A stretch of DNA of 57,565 nt, taken from an uncultured Clostridia bacterium (GTDB taxonomy: Bacteria; Acidobacteriota; Aminicenantia; JAMOAD01). The translations under genes and the position numbers were made by a program. Below are positions 17,649 through 28,466 of the stretch, piece after piece. The notes below the pieces were generated by a model. The model was not told the DNA's origin, did no database searches, and worked only from the letters and a program-made list of their open reading frames with translations. The first letter of the stretch is position 1. Each line of letters opens with the position of its first letter. The stretch is taken from positions 1 to 57,565 of the forward strand of contig CAZWJH010000005.1 in NCBI GenBank assembly GCA_964634755.1, in the 5' to 3' direction.

Positions 17649-18113
17649 ATGAAAGACAGAAGAGATCTTATCCATAAGTTGTTTCATCTTTTATTTTTTA
17701 TGTTGTACATTCTTTTAATATATTTCTCATTACGCTCTTTTTTATTTTGTAATCATTCTTGGTATTCATGGATTGGTCTGGGGCTTGCTGTTTTCGGCCT
17801 TCTTTTTATCATATACTCATCTTATTTAAGAAAAAAGAGTAGTAATAATGGTAATTTTTCAAAAGAGGGAATTTATTCTTTGATCCGCCATCCTGAATTT
17901 TTAGGGCATATTATATTTATATGGGGATTGTTGGTTTTGGGTTATTCTTTTATTGCTCTTTTTTTAGCGATAATTTTAACTGTATTTATGATTGTGGCAA
18001 TTTTTGAGGAGGATAGAAAGAATATAAAAAAATTCGGAGAATCTTATAAAGAATATGTAGAGCAAATTCCAAGAGTGAATATAATAATATCTGTGTTTAA
18101 AAGGTTGAAATAG
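17649..18113 (+). CDS. Isoprenylcysteine carboxylmethyltransferase / PEMT-like membrane protein
   Basis: GIYSLIRHPEFLG, EED..KKFGESYKEYVEQIPR. Start uncertain (17607 or 17649). Confidence 0.75.
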   Translation: MKDRRDLIHKLFHLLFFMLYILLIYFSLRSFLFCNHSWYSWIGLGLAVFGLLFIIYSSYLRKKSSNNGNFSKEGIYSLIRHPEFLGHIIFIWGLLVLGYSFIALFLAIILTVFMIVAIFEEDRKNIKKFGESYKEYVEQIPRVNIIISVFKRLK

Positions 18114-18185
18114 GTTTATAGGTGTCGGTTTTATATAACTCCTTCTTGACAACTTAAAATAATTTGATTAAGATATTGTGTTTTT

Positions 18186-18269
18186 GCCGAAGTGGTGGAA
18201 TTGGGAGACGCGTCGGACTCAAAATCCGATGGGGTTCGCCCCGTGTGGGTTCGAGTCCCACCTTCGGCA
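18186..18269 (+). tRNA. tRNA-Leu(CAA)
   Basis: GCCGAAG/CTTCGGC acceptor, GTCGGA-CT-CAA-AA-TCCGAT anticodon arm, long variable arm, GGTTCGAGTCC; CCA not encoded. Confidence 0.95.
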
Positions 18270-18299
18270 ATTTTTTTATATAAACTATAAGGAGCAATA

Positions 18300-19466
18300 A
18301 TGAAAGTCCACGAATATCAAGCAAAAGGATTTTTAAGAAGGTATGGTATACCTACTCCCAATGGTAAAGTTACTGACAAAATTGATGGTGTTAAGACTTT
18401 TGCCAAGGAGCTGGGTGGAAAAGTTGTTGTAAAAGCACAGGTTCTTGCAGGTGGAAGAGGGAAAGCCGGCGGAGTGAAACTTGCAAAATCTACTGACGAA
18501 GCTGTTGAAGTTGCAAAGAATATTTTGGGTAAAAAACTTTATACCCATCAGACAGGGCCCGAAGGTGTGGAGGTTAAAAAAATCTTAATAGAGGAAGCTG
18601 CAAATATTGAGAAAGAGTTTTATGTTGGGATAGTTCTTGACAGAGCAGCTGAAAAGTACATCTTTATGGTTTCTCCCTTTGGCGGAATGGAAATTGAAGA
18701 AGTCGCCAAAGAACATCCGGATGCACTCTTTAAAGTATATGTGGATTATCTGGAACTTTTTCCTTTTCAGGCGAGACAGCTTGCCTTTAATCTTGGTTTG
18801 AGCGGAGATGCTTTTAAGCAGGCTGTGAAACTTTTTCTCAATCTTTTTAAGCTTCACGTGGAGCTTGATGCATCTTTAACAGAGATAAATCCTTTAATTT
18901 TAACAAAAGAAGGGAATATTATAGCATTAGATGCTAAAATTAATTTTGATGATAATGCACTTTACAGGCACAAGGATGTTGCCGAACTTAAGGATGATTC
19001 AGAAGAGGATAAACTTGAAATTGAAGCGCGTAAGTATAATTTGAACTATATAAAACTTGACGGAAGTGTTGGATGTATGGTTAACGGAGCTGGACTTGCA
19101 ATGGCTACAATGGATATCATTAAATATTATGGCGGAATGCCTGCAAACTTTCTTGATGTCGGAGGAGGTGCCTCTGTTGAGACAGTAAGAAATGCATTTA
19201 AGATTCTCCTTGCTGATAAAAATGTAAAAGTTGTTTTGATAAATATTTTTGGTGGAATAGTTAGATGTGATAGAATAGCTGAAGGTGTTGTAAAGGCTGC
19301 ATCAGAAGTTGGGGTTGACAGACCTGTTGTTATCAGGCTTGTAGGAACAAATCAGGAAGAGGGCAGGGAAATCCTTAAAAATGCACCTTTTAAATTTTAC
19401 ACTTTTGAAACAATAAGTGAAGCTGCCGAAAAGGCAGTTGAGCTTTCAGAAGGAGGAAACCAATGA
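18300..19466 (+). CDS. sucC: Succinyl-CoA ligase beta subunit
   Basis: [53 protein letters not shown]. Confidence 0.97.
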   Translation: MKVHEYQAKGFLRRYGIPTPNGKVTDKIDGVKTFAKELGGKVVVKAQVLAGGRGKAGGVKLAKSTDEAVEVAKNILGKKLYTHQTGPEGVEVKKILIEEAANIEKEFYVGIVLDRAAEKYIFMVSPFGGMEIEEVAKEHPDALFKVYVDYLELFPFQARQLAFNLGLSGDAFKQAVKLFLNLFKLHVELDASLTEINPLILTKEGNIIALDAKINFDDNALYRHKDVAELKDDSEEDKLEIEARKYNLNYIKLDGSVGCMVNGAGLAMATMDIIKYYGGMPANFLDVGGGASVETVRNAFKILLADKNVKVVLINIFGGIVRCDRIAEGVVKAASEVGVDRPVVIRLVGTNQEEGREILKNAPFKFYTFETISEAAEKAVELSEGGNQ

Positions 19467-20335
19467 GTATTTTACTTGATAAAGATACAAGAGTTGTGGT
19501 TCAAGGATTTACAGGTAAAGAGGGAAGCTTTCACGCAGAGCAAATGATGGAATACGGCACAAATGTTGTTGCAGGGGTAACTCCCGGAAAAGGTGGTCAG
19601 ACTCATCTTGAAAAACCTGTTTACAATACTGTTCATGAGGCAGTGGAAAAAGAGGGCGCAAATGCCTCAATTATTTTTGTCCCGGCTCCCTTTGCTGCTG
19701 ATGCTGTTATAGAAGCTGCTGATGCTGGAGTAAAGCTTATTGTTTGCATAACCGAAGGAATCCCCACAAATGATATGATAAAAGCAAAAAGATATGTGGT
19801 AAGCAGAGGGGCTGTTATGATAGGTCCAAATTGTCCTGGTTTGATATCTCCGGGTAAAGCCAAAATGGGAATAATGCCTGCCAGAATTTTTAAAGAGGGA
19901 AGTATAGGAGTTATCTCACGATCAGGAACTCTTACCTATGAAGCTGTCAACCAGCTTACCGAATTAGGTTTGGGGCAAAGTACAGCGGTTGGAATCGGAG
20001 GAGACCCCATAATTGGTTCTACTTTTATGGATATCCTTAAAATGTTTAACGAAGATGATGAAACAGAGGCTGTTGTTATGATAGGTGAAATAGGAGGAAC
20101 AGCTGAGGAAACTGCAGCAGAGTATATTAAAAATTATTTTAAAAAACCCGTTGTTTCATTTATTGCTGGAAGGACTGCACCTCCGGGGAAAAGAATGGGG
20201 CATGCAGGAGCTATAATAATGGGAGGAAAAGGAACTGCTGAAGGAAAAATTAAAGCTCTTGAAGAAGCAGGTGTAAAAGTAGCTGAAAGCCCTGCAGTTA
20301 TTGGAAAAACTCTTAAGGAAGTTGTTGGTAAATAG
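19463..20335 (+). CDS. sucD: Succinyl-CoA ligase alpha subunit
   Basis: [39 protein letters not shown]. Confidence 0.97.
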   Translation: MSILLDKDTRVVVQGFTGKEGSFHAEQMMEYGTNVVAGVTPGKGGQTHLEKPVYNTVHEAVEKEGANASIIFVPAPFAADAVIEAADAGVKLIVCITEGIPTNDMIKAKRYVVSRGAVMIGPNCPGLISPGKAKMGIMPARIFKEGSIGVISRSGTLTYEAVNQLTELGLGQSTAVGIGGDPIIGSTFMDILKMFNEDDETEAVVMIGEIGGTAEETAAEYIKNYFKKPVVSFIAGRTAPPGKRMGHAGAIIMGGKGTAEGKIKALEEAGVKVAESPAVIGKTLKEVVGK

Positions 20336-21300
20336 TGAATCAATTAGAGAAAATAGTAGCTCCTGTAAAAAGTGAGCTAAAAACTCTTGAGAAAAGAATT
20401 AATTCTATTTTAAGGGAAAATGTCTTTAATGAAAAATTTACAGGTACTTTTTTAAATAAAGGTAAAAAATTAAGGCCTATTTTTTTGTTTTTATTAGCAA
20501 GGGCTCTTGGGTATAGAGAGAACGACATAGTTGATTATGGTATTATTGTAGAACTTTTGCACAATGCGAGTCTTGTTCACGATGATATTATAGATCATTC
20601 TTTGAAGAGAAGAGGAGAATCCACTTTCAATGCACTTTATGGGAACAATATAGCAGTACTTTTGGGTGATCTTTTGTTCCTTTTCTCAAATAAACTTGCT
20701 GTGGAAAAGAGGAAATTTGAAATTTTAGATATTCTTGTTGAAAAAAATGAAAATTTGTTAATAGGAGAGATAGAAGAAGGGCTGAATGCAGGGAATGTAT
20801 CTCTTACTGAAGATGAATATATGAAGATTATAAAGAACAAAACAGCTTCCCTTTTTGAACTTGTTGGGGAAATAGCATGTTTACTTACAAATAAAAAAGA
20901 GAATGATTGTGAAGCAATAAAGGGTATGAGTTCTCTTATTGGTCTTAGCTTTCAGATTATTGATGATATCCTTGATTATACCTCTGAAGTAAAAAAAGTA
21001 GGAAAACCTGTGATGAATGATTTAAGAGAAAAAACATTAACGCTTCCGATAATTTATGCAATGAAGAAAAGCTATGATTTAAAAGAAAAAGTGGAAAAGT
21101 TTTTTTCAGATGTTAGTAATGATACCCTTTTGTATGAGATAAGGGATGGAGTAGTAGAACTTGGGGGGTTGAAATATGCTAAGGAAAAAGCTCTTGAGAT
21201 GATGAAACAGACGAGAGGCCGCATAGACAAAATTCCTCCTTCTGTTTATAAAGATAGCCTTTTAGCTTTGGTTGATTTTATAGTAAAGAGAAGTTTTTAG
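20335..21300 (+). CDS. Long-chain trans-polyprenyl diphosphate synthase
   Basis: GKKLRP, HDDIID (FARM) with small Ala five residues upstream (long-chain type), KTA, FQIIDDILD (SARM). Confidence 0.9.
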   Translation: MNQLEKIVAPVKSELKTLEKRINSILRENVFNEKFTGTFLNKGKKLRPIFLFLLARALGYRENDIVDYGIIVELLHNASLVHDDIIDHSLKRRGESTFNALYGNNIAVLLGDLLFLFSNKLAVEKRKFEILDILVEKNENLLIGEIEEGLNAGNVSLTEDEYMKIIKNKTASLFELVGEIACLLTNKKENDCEAIKGMSSLIGLSFQIIDDILDYTSEVKKVGKPVMNDLREKTLTLPIIYAMKKSYDLKEKVEKFFSDVSNDTLLYEIRDGVVELGGLKYAKEKALEMMKQTRGRIDKIPPSVYKDSLLALVDFIVKRSF

Positions 21301-21304
21301 TTAT

Positions 21305-22075
21305 ATGTTAGAGACAGCCTCCCTTGCAAGTGGTTCAAGTGGGAATTCCTATTTTGTAAAGAATGAGGAAGGTGTCTTTATTTTTGATTTAGGCATAAAT
21401 GTAAAAAGATTAAAGGAGAATCTTGAAGAGTTTGGGATAAGTATTTCGGATGTTAAAGCCATTTTTATAAGCCATGAGCATAGTGATCACATAAGTGGAT
21501 TAAAAACATTTGTAAAATATTATCCTGATATTCCTATTTTCATTTCTTTAAAAACGTACAGAGTAATAAAAGATTCAATGCCTGCGGAATCTTTTGTTTT
21601 TTTTGATTCTAATAGCACATTGAAATTTAAATGTTTTGAAGTGGAGCTTCCTTTAAAACTCCATGATGCTGTTGAGCCTGTGTTTTTTAAAGTGAAAACC
21701 GATGATGGAATAGTAAGTATAATAACTGATTTTGGCTTTCCAAATAAAGAAATAATAAAAGCTATTTCAGAAAGTAAGGTTCTATTTTTGGAGTCAAACT
21801 ATGATGAGAGAATGCTTGAAGAGGGGCGATATCCAGAGAGTCTGAAACAGAGAATAAGAAGTCATACTGGACATTTTTCTAATTGTGATTCAGGAAGGCT
21901 TTTAAATCTTCATGTTAGTGAAAAATTAAATTATCTTATTCTTTCACATATTTCCGAAAACTCAAATACCTATGAACTTGCTTTTAAAACAGTGAGCAAA
22001 ATCATTGGGAAAAGAGGTTTTAAAATAATAACAGCCACTCAAAAGAAGCCTGCTTCTTTAATTAAAATATCATGA
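21305..22075 (+). CDS. MBL-fold metallo-hydrolase (YycJ/WalJ-like)
   Basis: LASGSSGNS, SHEHSDH, HDAVEP, LESNYD, GHFSN, HISENSN. Confidence 0.88.
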   Translation: MLETASLASGSSGNSYFVKNEEGVFIFDLGINVKRLKENLEEFGISISDVKAIFISHEHSDHISGLKTFVKYYPDIPIFISLKTYRVIKDSMPAESFVFFDSNSTLKFKCFEVELPLKLHDAVEPVFFKVKTDDGIVSIITDFGFPNKEIIKAISESKVLFLESNYDERMLEEGRYPESLKQRIRSHTGHFSNCDSGRLLNLHVSEKLNYLILSHISENSNTYELAFKTVSKIIGKRGFKIITATQKKPASLIKIS

Positions 22076-22078
22076 GTA

Positions 22079-24412
22079 TTATTTTTCATCTTTACCGTCT
22101 ACGTTTTTTGTGAAAAATTCTAATTTTTCTCTAACTTTTTCAAAAATTTCTTCAGGGGTTTTATCAAGGAAGAAAGATAGTGCTTCCTCTATATTTTCAA
22201 TAGCTATAATCTCAAAATCACCTTTTTCTACAGCTTTTATAACCTCGTCTTTTAGATTTAATTCATTTACATTACTCCTGGGGATTAAAACCCCGTTTTT
22301 CTCCTTAAAACCTCTTGTTTTGCATATTTCAAAAAAGCCTTCAATTTTTTGATTAACTCCTCCTATTGGCTGGATTTTCCCTTTCTGATTTATTGAACCT
22401 GTTATTGCATAATTTTGTTTTATTGGAATTTCCGAAAGTGCTGATAGTAAGGCAATAAGCTCTGCTGCTGAGGCAGAGTCTCCATCTATTTCAGAATAAG
22501 TTTGTTCAAAAACTATTTTAGCAGTAAAATTTAAAGGTGTTTCTTTCCCGATTTTTTCACACATATATCCTGAAAGAATTAATACTCCCTTTGTATGAAT
22601 TGCTCCGGAAAGTTCTGCCTCTCTTTCTATATTTACAATTCCATCCTTTCCCATTCCAACACTTGCACTTATTCTTACGGGCATTCCAAATTCAATATCA
22701 CCCGGGTTTATTACAGTAAGGCCATTAATAATTCCTATTTCTTTTCCTGATGTTGAGATGAAGAATTTATCTTTTTTTATCATCTCAAGTTGTTTTTTCT
22801 TGACAAGGGAAACACGCTCTTCCATCTTTTCTATTGCTTTTTTTATATCCTCTCTTTCTATTCTGTTTTTCCCTTTTATTTTTGAATAATAATCGGATTC
22901 TTTCAGAATAGATGAAATTAATCCGAAGTTAGTTGTGATTTTTTCCTTTTCACCCGCAACTCTTGAAGCATGTTCAAGAAGTGCTATTATCCCATCTTTT
23001 TTGACTTCATTTAGTTTATCCTTTTTTACTATCATAGAAACAAAACTTGCAAAATCATTAACATTTTTTTTATTTAATTCCATTGTTAAATCAAATTCAG
23101 CTTTGATTTTAAAAATCTCTAAAAATTCTTTATCTAAAAATAGAAGCTCATAATAAGTAATTGGATCGCCAATCAATATTACTTTTAAAGACAATGGCAC
23201 AGGCTCAGGTCTTAAGCTTTTTATTGCCGTAAAACTTACGGTGTTTTCCAGGTCTTCTATCTGAAGAAAATTGGTTTGAAGTGCTCTTTTTAATGCTTTG
23301 TAAGAAAAGGGGTGAGATAAAAGTTCCTCTGCGTCTATTATTATATATCCTCCATTGGCTTTTAAGAGAGAGCCAGCCATTATTAAGGAGAAGTCTGTAA
23401 TAAGGTTCCCCATTATTGATTCTCTCTCTATTCTCCCGATGAGGTTTTTGTAAATGGGGTTATCTTCTATTATAACCGGCGAGCCTATTGTTAATGAATT
23501 GTCTACTACTATATTAAGAAAAAATCTTTGTGTGAAGTTTTCCTTTATTTCAGGATTTTCTTTTTGGAATTTGGGGCTGAAGATAGTGTAGTTTTCCACA
23601 ATACTTTCTTTCATTTTATCTAGTAAAGCGGGGAGTTTTTTATATCGCTTAAATCCTCTGTCAATATCTTCAAAAAGATGGTTCACAAAATTTTTTACAG
23701 CTTTTTCCATAAGTTCGTTCTCTTTTTCCGATTGTTCAAAGTCTATTTTCCCGAGATTTCGTAGTATGTTTTCTATTTCATCATTTGCTCTCTCTCTTTT
23801 TTTAAGAATTTGCTCTCTTTCTTTTTCAGAAAGAGAGTTAAACTCTTTCTCATCAAGGTCTTTTCCATTTTTTACAGGTACCGGAAATATTCCTTTTCCC
23901 GTTTTTTCGACCCTAAAACCCAATTTTGCTATCCTATCCTCTCCTTCCCTGATGATTGCTTCTTTTTGTTCCATTGCTTCTCTTCTGATTATATTCACTT
24001 TTTCCAAAAAAGAGTCTCTTTCAAAGAGGGTGAAAAGCTCTTTATCAATTCTCTTTATAATTCTTTTCATCATTCTATTGAATTTTTTGGCTTTACCTGC
24101 AGGAAGCATTATTGCTATGGGGGTGTAAGAATCCGTAAAATTATTTGCAAAGCATATATCCTCAGGTCTTTCTCCCTCTTTTGCCAATTTTTCAACATAG
24201 CTTTTTACAGCTGATGTTCTGCCTGTTCCTGATTTTCCAACTACAAAAATATTAAATCCTTTTGCTTTTATTCCCAACCCTGTTTCAAGAGCTTTTAATG
24301 CCTCTTTTTGTCCTATAATTCCTTTGATTTCTGTAACTTCTGTTGTATCATTGAACTCCAAAAACTCTTCGGGGATTTTCACTAATAATTCATCTGCTTT
24401 GATTTTCTCCAT
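22079..24412 (-). CDS. LonC-type ATP-binding protease (AAA + peptidase S16)
   Basis: IIGQKEA, GKSGTGRTS, KANGGY, HTKG, FEQTYSEIDGDSAS (Ser), PIGGVNQK (Lys). ATG 24412 follows SD AAGGAG. Confidence 0.88.
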   Translation of the reverse strand: MEKIKADELLVKIPEEFLEFNDTTEVTEIKGIIGQKEALKALETGLGIKAKGFNIFVVGKSGTGRTSAVKSYVEKLAKEGERPEDICFANNFTDSYTPIAIMLPAGKAKKFNRMMKRIIKRIDKELFTLFERDSFLEKVNIIRREAMEQKEAIIREGEDRIAKLGFRVEKTGKGIFPVPVKNGKDLDEKEFNSLSEKEREQILKKRERANDEIENILRNLGKIDFEQSEKENELMEKAVKNFVNHLFEDIDRGFKRYKKLPALLDKMKESIVENYTIFSPKFQKENPEIKENFTQRFFLNIVVDNSLTIGSPVIIEDNPIYKNLIGRIERESIMGNLITDFSLIMAGSLLKANGGYIIIDAEELLSHPFSYKALKRALQTNFLQIEDLENTVSFTAIKSLRPEPVPLSLKVILIGDPITYYELLFLDKEFLEIFKIKAEFDLTMELNKKNVNDFASFVSMIVKKDKLNEVKKDGIIALLEHASRVAGEKEKITTNFGLISSILKESDYYSKIKGKNRIEREDIKKAIEKMEERVSLVKKKQLEMIKKDKFFISTSGKEIGIINGLTVINPGDIEFGMPVRISASVGMGKDGIVNIEREAELSGAIHTKGVLILSGYMCEKIGKETPLNFTAKIVFEQTYSEIDGDSASAAELIALLSALSEIPIKQNYAITGSINQKGKIQPIGGVNQKIEGFFEICKTRGFKEKNGVLIPRSNVNELNLKDEVIKAVEKGDFEIIAIENIEEALSFFLDKTPEEIFEKVREKLEFFTKNVDGKDEK

Positions 24413-24422
24413 TTGTATCTCC

Positions 24423-25187
24423 TTATATCTCCATATAATATTTTTTTGCTTTACCAATTAAAATACTCTTTTTTATCTTTTCTTTAACATCAATTTTAGC
24501 TCTTTCAACAGCTTTTTCAAGGGAATATCCTTTTATAAGGTAGGCTAAAATTGAAGATGAAAGAAAACATCCTGTTCCATGAACATCCTTATTAATTATT
24601 TCTCCTTTAAATTCGAATATCTTTTCATTAATTATCAGAAAATCGTCTCCTTTTAGGTGTCCTCCTTTTACTAAAATATTAGTTTTAAATTTATTAGCAA
24701 GAAGTTTTCCTGCTTCTATAGCCTCACTTTCACTCTTTATCAAATATCCGCTTAAAATCTCAAGCTCTTTTAAATTAGGAGTTATTAATGTTGCATATTT
24801 AAAAATTTTTCTCTTGATTTTTTCAATGAATTGATTATTGTTAAATAATTTTAAATTATTACCTGAAAAGAGTACGGGATCATAGACAATTGGGATTTTA
24901 TTGTTTTTAATAAAAAAGTGAATCACTTCTACTATCTTAACACTTCCTAATACTCCGATTTTTATTCCTGATATTTCAAAATCCTCAAAAATTCTTTCAA
25001 GACTCTCTTTCACTTCTCTTACTGATAATGGGAAAACATTTGACACACCTCTTGAATTCTGCGGAACTATTGAGGTTATAATAGCCATGGGAAATATCTC
25101 TTTTGATTTTAGTACTTTAGTATCCAGAAGTACTCCTGCCCCACCTGAGGGATCAAACCCTGCTATTGTTAGCCCTATTTTTTTCAT
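24423..25187 (-). CDS. thiD: Hydroxymethylpyrimidine/phosphomethylpyrimidine kinase
   Basis: TIAGFDPSGGAG, KIGVL, YDPV, ITPN, VKGGH, HGTGC. Confidence 0.9.
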   Translation of the reverse strand: MKKIGLTIAGFDPSGGAGVLLDTKVLKSKEIFPMAIITSIVPQNSRGVSNVFPLSVREVKESLERIFEDFEISGIKIGVLGSVKIVEVIHFFIKNNKIPIVYDPVLFSGNNLKLFNNNQFIEKIKRKIFKYATLITPNLKELEILSGYLIKSESEAIEAGKLLANKFKTNILVKGGHLKGDDFLIINEKIFEFKGEIINKDVHGTGCFLSSSILAYLIKGYSLEKAVERAKIDVKEKIKKSILIGKAKKYYMEI

Positions 25188-26607
25188 TAATGTACTCAAT
25201 GGCTTTTTTTATTCTTTTAATTGCTTCCTCTTTTCCGAAAAATACTAAGATATCAAAAATCCCGGGAGATACTCTGTTCCCTGTTAAAGCAAGTCTCAAC
25301 GGATGAATTATACTTCCTGCTTTGATTCCCAGTTGCTCAGCTTTCTCCCTTAGCCTTTTTTCAAGTATTTCTTGGTGGAAAGAGTCTTTACTTAGATTTT
25401 CTATCTCTTTTAGGTAAGCTTCAAGATATTCTTTTCCTGCCATGTTAAAGAATTTTTCTTCTCCCTTTTTATCATAATAAAGAATTTCGGAAAGATAGTT
25501 TTTCAGAATTTGTATAAATTCTTTTAAGTTTTTCATTCTTGTTTTTAAAAGGTCTATTGCTTTTAAGGTTTTGTCTTTGTCTTTTTCCAAAATACTTTTA
25601 TCTTTATTTGTTGAAATTTCTATAATTTCTTTGTAAAGCTCTTCAGGTTTTAGTGATGATATTACCTTTGAATTTATAAATTCTAATTTTTTAAGGTCAA
25701 AAATAGGGCTGTTTTTTGTTACTTTTCCGAGAGCGAATCTTTTAATTAATTCTTCCAAAGAAAAGAAAGGCTTATCTTCCCCTGGATTCCATGATAGTCT
25801 TGCGAGGAAATTAACGAGACTGAGAGAAAGGTATCCCTCTCGCTTGTAATTTAAAACTGATGTTACTCCATATCTTTTGCTTAGCTTTTGTCTGTCTGGT
25901 CCAAGGATAAGAGGCAGATGGGCAAATTCAGGTATTTTCCATCCGAAAGCTTTGTATAAAAGAACTTGTTTGGGAGTGTTTGATAAATGATCATCTCCTC
26001 TTATAACATTTGTTATCCCCATTAAATGGTCGTCTACGACAACCGAAAGGTGGTATGTGGGAAATCCGTCGCTTTTTAATAATACAAAATCTTCTATTTC
26101 AGAGTTTTCTACTTTAACTTTTTTATGAATTTTATCCTCAAACTCAGTTTTCCCCTCTAGGACTTTAAATCTTATTACATAAGGTTTTCCGTCTTTTAAA
26201 AATTTTTCTATTTCATCTTTTGAAAGATTAAGGCATTTTCTATCATATTTCCATGATTTTATCCCCTTTTTTTCTGCTTGCTTTCTTCTTTCTTCAATTT
26301 CTTCGGGGGTGCAAAAGCATCTGTATGCTTTCCCTTCTTCCAAAAGCTTTTCCACATGCTTTTTATAAATATCAAGTCTTTCAGATTGAAAAAAGGGACC
26401 TTCATCCCATTCCAATCCGAGCCATTTCATAGCTTTTAGGATTTCTTCACTCATCACTTTTGAAGAGCGAATATTGTCTGTATCTTCAATTCTTAATACA
26501 AATTTCCCATTTTTATTTTTTGCAAACATCCAGTTAAAAAGTGCTGTTCGTGCCCCTCCTATGTGAAGATAACCTGTTGGGCTTGGTGCGAATCTTACTT
26601 TTTTCAT
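25153..26607 (-). CDS. gltX: Glutamate--tRNA ligase
   Basis: RFAPSPTGYLHIGG, RIEDTD, CFC zinc region, RGDDH, KLSKR, LRLALTG. Confidence 0.96.
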   Translation of the reverse strand: MKKVRFAPSPTGYLHIGGARTALFNWMFAKNKNGKFVLRIEDTDNIRSSKVMSEEILKAMKWLGLEWDEGPFFQSERLDIYKKHVEKLLEEGKAYRCFCTPEEIEERRKQAEKKGIKSWKYDRKCLNLSKDEIEKFLKDGKPYVIRFKVLEGKTEFEDKIHKKVKVENSEIEDFVLLKSDGFPTYHLSVVVDDHLMGITNVIRGDDHLSNTPKQVLLYKAFGWKIPEFAHLPLILGPDRQKLSKRYGVTSVLNYKREGYLSLSLVNFLARLSWNPGEDKPFFSLEELIKRFALGKVTKNSPIFDLKKLEFINSKVISSLKPEELYKEIIEISTNKDKSILEKDKDKTLKAIDLLKTRMKNLKEFIQILKNYLSEILYYDKKGEEKFFNMAGKEYLEAYLKEIENLSKDSFHQEILEKRLREKAEQLGIKAGSIIHPLRLALTGNRVSPGIFDILVFFGKEEAIKRIKKAIEYINEKNRANNSRV

Positions 26608-27362
26608 GTGAGAAGCTCCCTCTGTCTCTCTATGACATATCTTGAAATTTTGTTTATTGCTCTTTTAAATTCTACCGATCTTTCCAGCAAAAATTCTACT
26701 CCGTAAATTTTTGACTCTGTATTGTAATAGGTTCTCTCGTTTCTTATAATTCCGGAAATTTCAAGCTCATCAAAATCCTCTTTTTTCAGTCTAAACCTCA
26801 TTTCTATTTTATCTCCTACATTTATAAATTCTTGATCTTCATCCACTTTAATGGCAACCCCTCCTGCGGATATATCTAAAATTGTCCCCTCAAATACTCT
26901 CGGTATTGATTCCGGATGATCTTCATCTATGATTACTTCCTCTCCTCCTTTTGGATATACTATGAATTTTACTATTACTGCTTTATCATGAGGTGTAGGT
27001 ACTCTGAAATAATTTCTCCTTTCGCCATCCAAGAGTTTTGTAGGTAGCTTTATTTTATAAGCAGGTACCTTTGTGCTTTCGTTTAAACTATACTTTACCT
27101 TTCCCAATATTTTGGAGTGAAAGTAAAATCTGAAACCAGAGTACTGAAAGTAAACATTAATTTCATCCCCCTTGACGAGGGGCTCAAAGGTATTTCCTGT
27201 CCCCGTGGGAAGATCTATTATAATGCTTCTATCTTTTCTATCAAGATCAAAGAATCTGCTTGTGTAAGTCATCTGTTTCTTTGTTCCCATAAGAGATATT
27301 GTAATATTCTCATTTTCCTCTATTGCTTTAAGTAAAAATTTGCTGTCAATCTCATGAGCCAT
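26604..27362 (-). CDS. YcgR-like PilZ-domain c-di-GMP receptor
   Basis: RxxxR (ERRNYFRV) and DxSxxG (DISAGG) motifs after an N-terminal YcgR-like domain; YGVEF. Confidence 0.8.
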   Translation of the reverse strand: MAHEIDSKFLLKAIEENENITISLMGTKKQMTYTSRFFDLDRKDRSIIIDLPTGTGNTFEPLVKGDEINVYFQYSGFRFYFHSKILGKVKYSLNESTKVPAYKIKLPTKLLDGERRNYFRVPTPHDKAVIVKFIVYPKGGEEVIIDEDHPESIPRVFEGTILDISAGGVAIKVDEDQEFINVGDKIEMRFRLKKEDFDELEISGIIRNERTYYNTESKIYGVEFLLERSVEFKRAINKISRYVIERQRELLT

Positions 27363-27471
27363 AACTAATAATAAAAAAAAAGAGCTTCTTTGTCAATTTG
27401 AGTTTGCTTTCTTAGTAATAAATAACTTAAATTAATCCTTTAAAAATTATTAAAGAATGATATAATTAAAG

Positions 27472-28398
27472 ATGGGTGTGATGGAATTTGTTAGAAACTA
27501 TTTTGGTATAAGTTTTGTAATTCAATACAAAATTTACCTTTCAATTTTAATAATTCTCGTCCTTTTTTTGCTAAAAAAGGTTATTCAATGGTTTGTTTTT
27601 AAAAAAGTTGTTTCTGTTGAAACAAGGTATTTTTTGGCAAAAGTCTTTACTTACATTGAAGTTGGATTAATTGTTCTTATTTTGGTAAAGATCTGGTTTG
27701 AAGGATTAAAGCCATTAGCTACATATTTTGGTCTTGTTTCAGCAGGTATTGCAATAGCTCTTAAAGATCCTTTTACTGATATGGCAGGGTGGATTTTTAT
27801 TCTTTTAAAAAAACCATTTTCCATTGGTGATAGGGTACAAATTGGAAAGCTCAAAGGGGATATAGTAGATATCAGGGTTTTTCAGTTTTCAATTGTTGAA
27901 ATCGGTGAATGGATTGGAGCTGAGCAAAGTACCGGTAGAATTGTAAATATCCCTAATTCCTATGTTTTTAAAGAGCCTCTTGCAAATTATACAAAAGGTT
28001 TTAGATTCGTCTGGAATGAAATTCCGGTGCTTATTACTTTCGAAAGTAATTGGAAAAAGGCAAAGGAGATCTTATTTAATATAGCTAAGGATTGCGATAG
28101 GGGAGTAAGTCAAATTGCAGAAGAGGAGCTAAAGAGAGCAACACTTAAGTATTATATTCACTATTCCGTACTTACACCAACTGTTTATACTAAGGTTGAG
28201 GATAGCGGGATTTTATTAACAATCAGGTATCTCTGTGATCCAAGAAAGAAAAGAGTAACGGAAAATGATATCTGGGAGATGATTTTAGAAAGGTTTGAAA
28301 AAGAGGACGATATAGATTTTGCTTATCCGACAATTAGGTATTACAATAATCTTCATGAAGGGAAGATCGGAACAAAACCACCCTCTTCCGAAATTTAA
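27472..28398 (+). CDS. mscS: Small-conductance mechanosensitive channel family protein
   Basis: GLVSAGIAIALKD, PFSIGDRVQIG..GDI.DI, IPNS, C-terminal FAYPT. Confidence 0.88.
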   Translation: MGVMEFVRNYFGISFVIQYKIYLSILIILVLFLLKKVIQWFVFKKVVSVETRYFLAKVFTYIEVGLIVLILVKIWFEGLKPLATYFGLVSAGIAIALKDPFTDMAGWIFILLKKPFSIGDRVQIGKLKGDIVDIRVFQFSIVEIGEWIGAEQSTGRIVNIPNSYVFKEPLANYTKGFRFVWNEIPVLITFESNWKKAKEILFNIAKDCDRGVSQIAEEELKRATLKYYIHYSVLTPTVYTKVEDSGILLTIRYLCDPRKKRVTENDIWEMILERFEKEDDIDFAYPTIRYYNNLHEGKIGTKPPSSEI

Positions 28399-28466
28399 TG
28401 AGATTTTGATTGGAAAAAAGATTTTTATAATGTATAATATAAAACTTATTTTATTGTGAGGTGATT

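Noticed and set aside
18186-18299. Integration site at tRNA-Leu
   Set aside because: No integrase, and I saw no duplicated tRNA 3' end; it is flanked by housekeeping genes.
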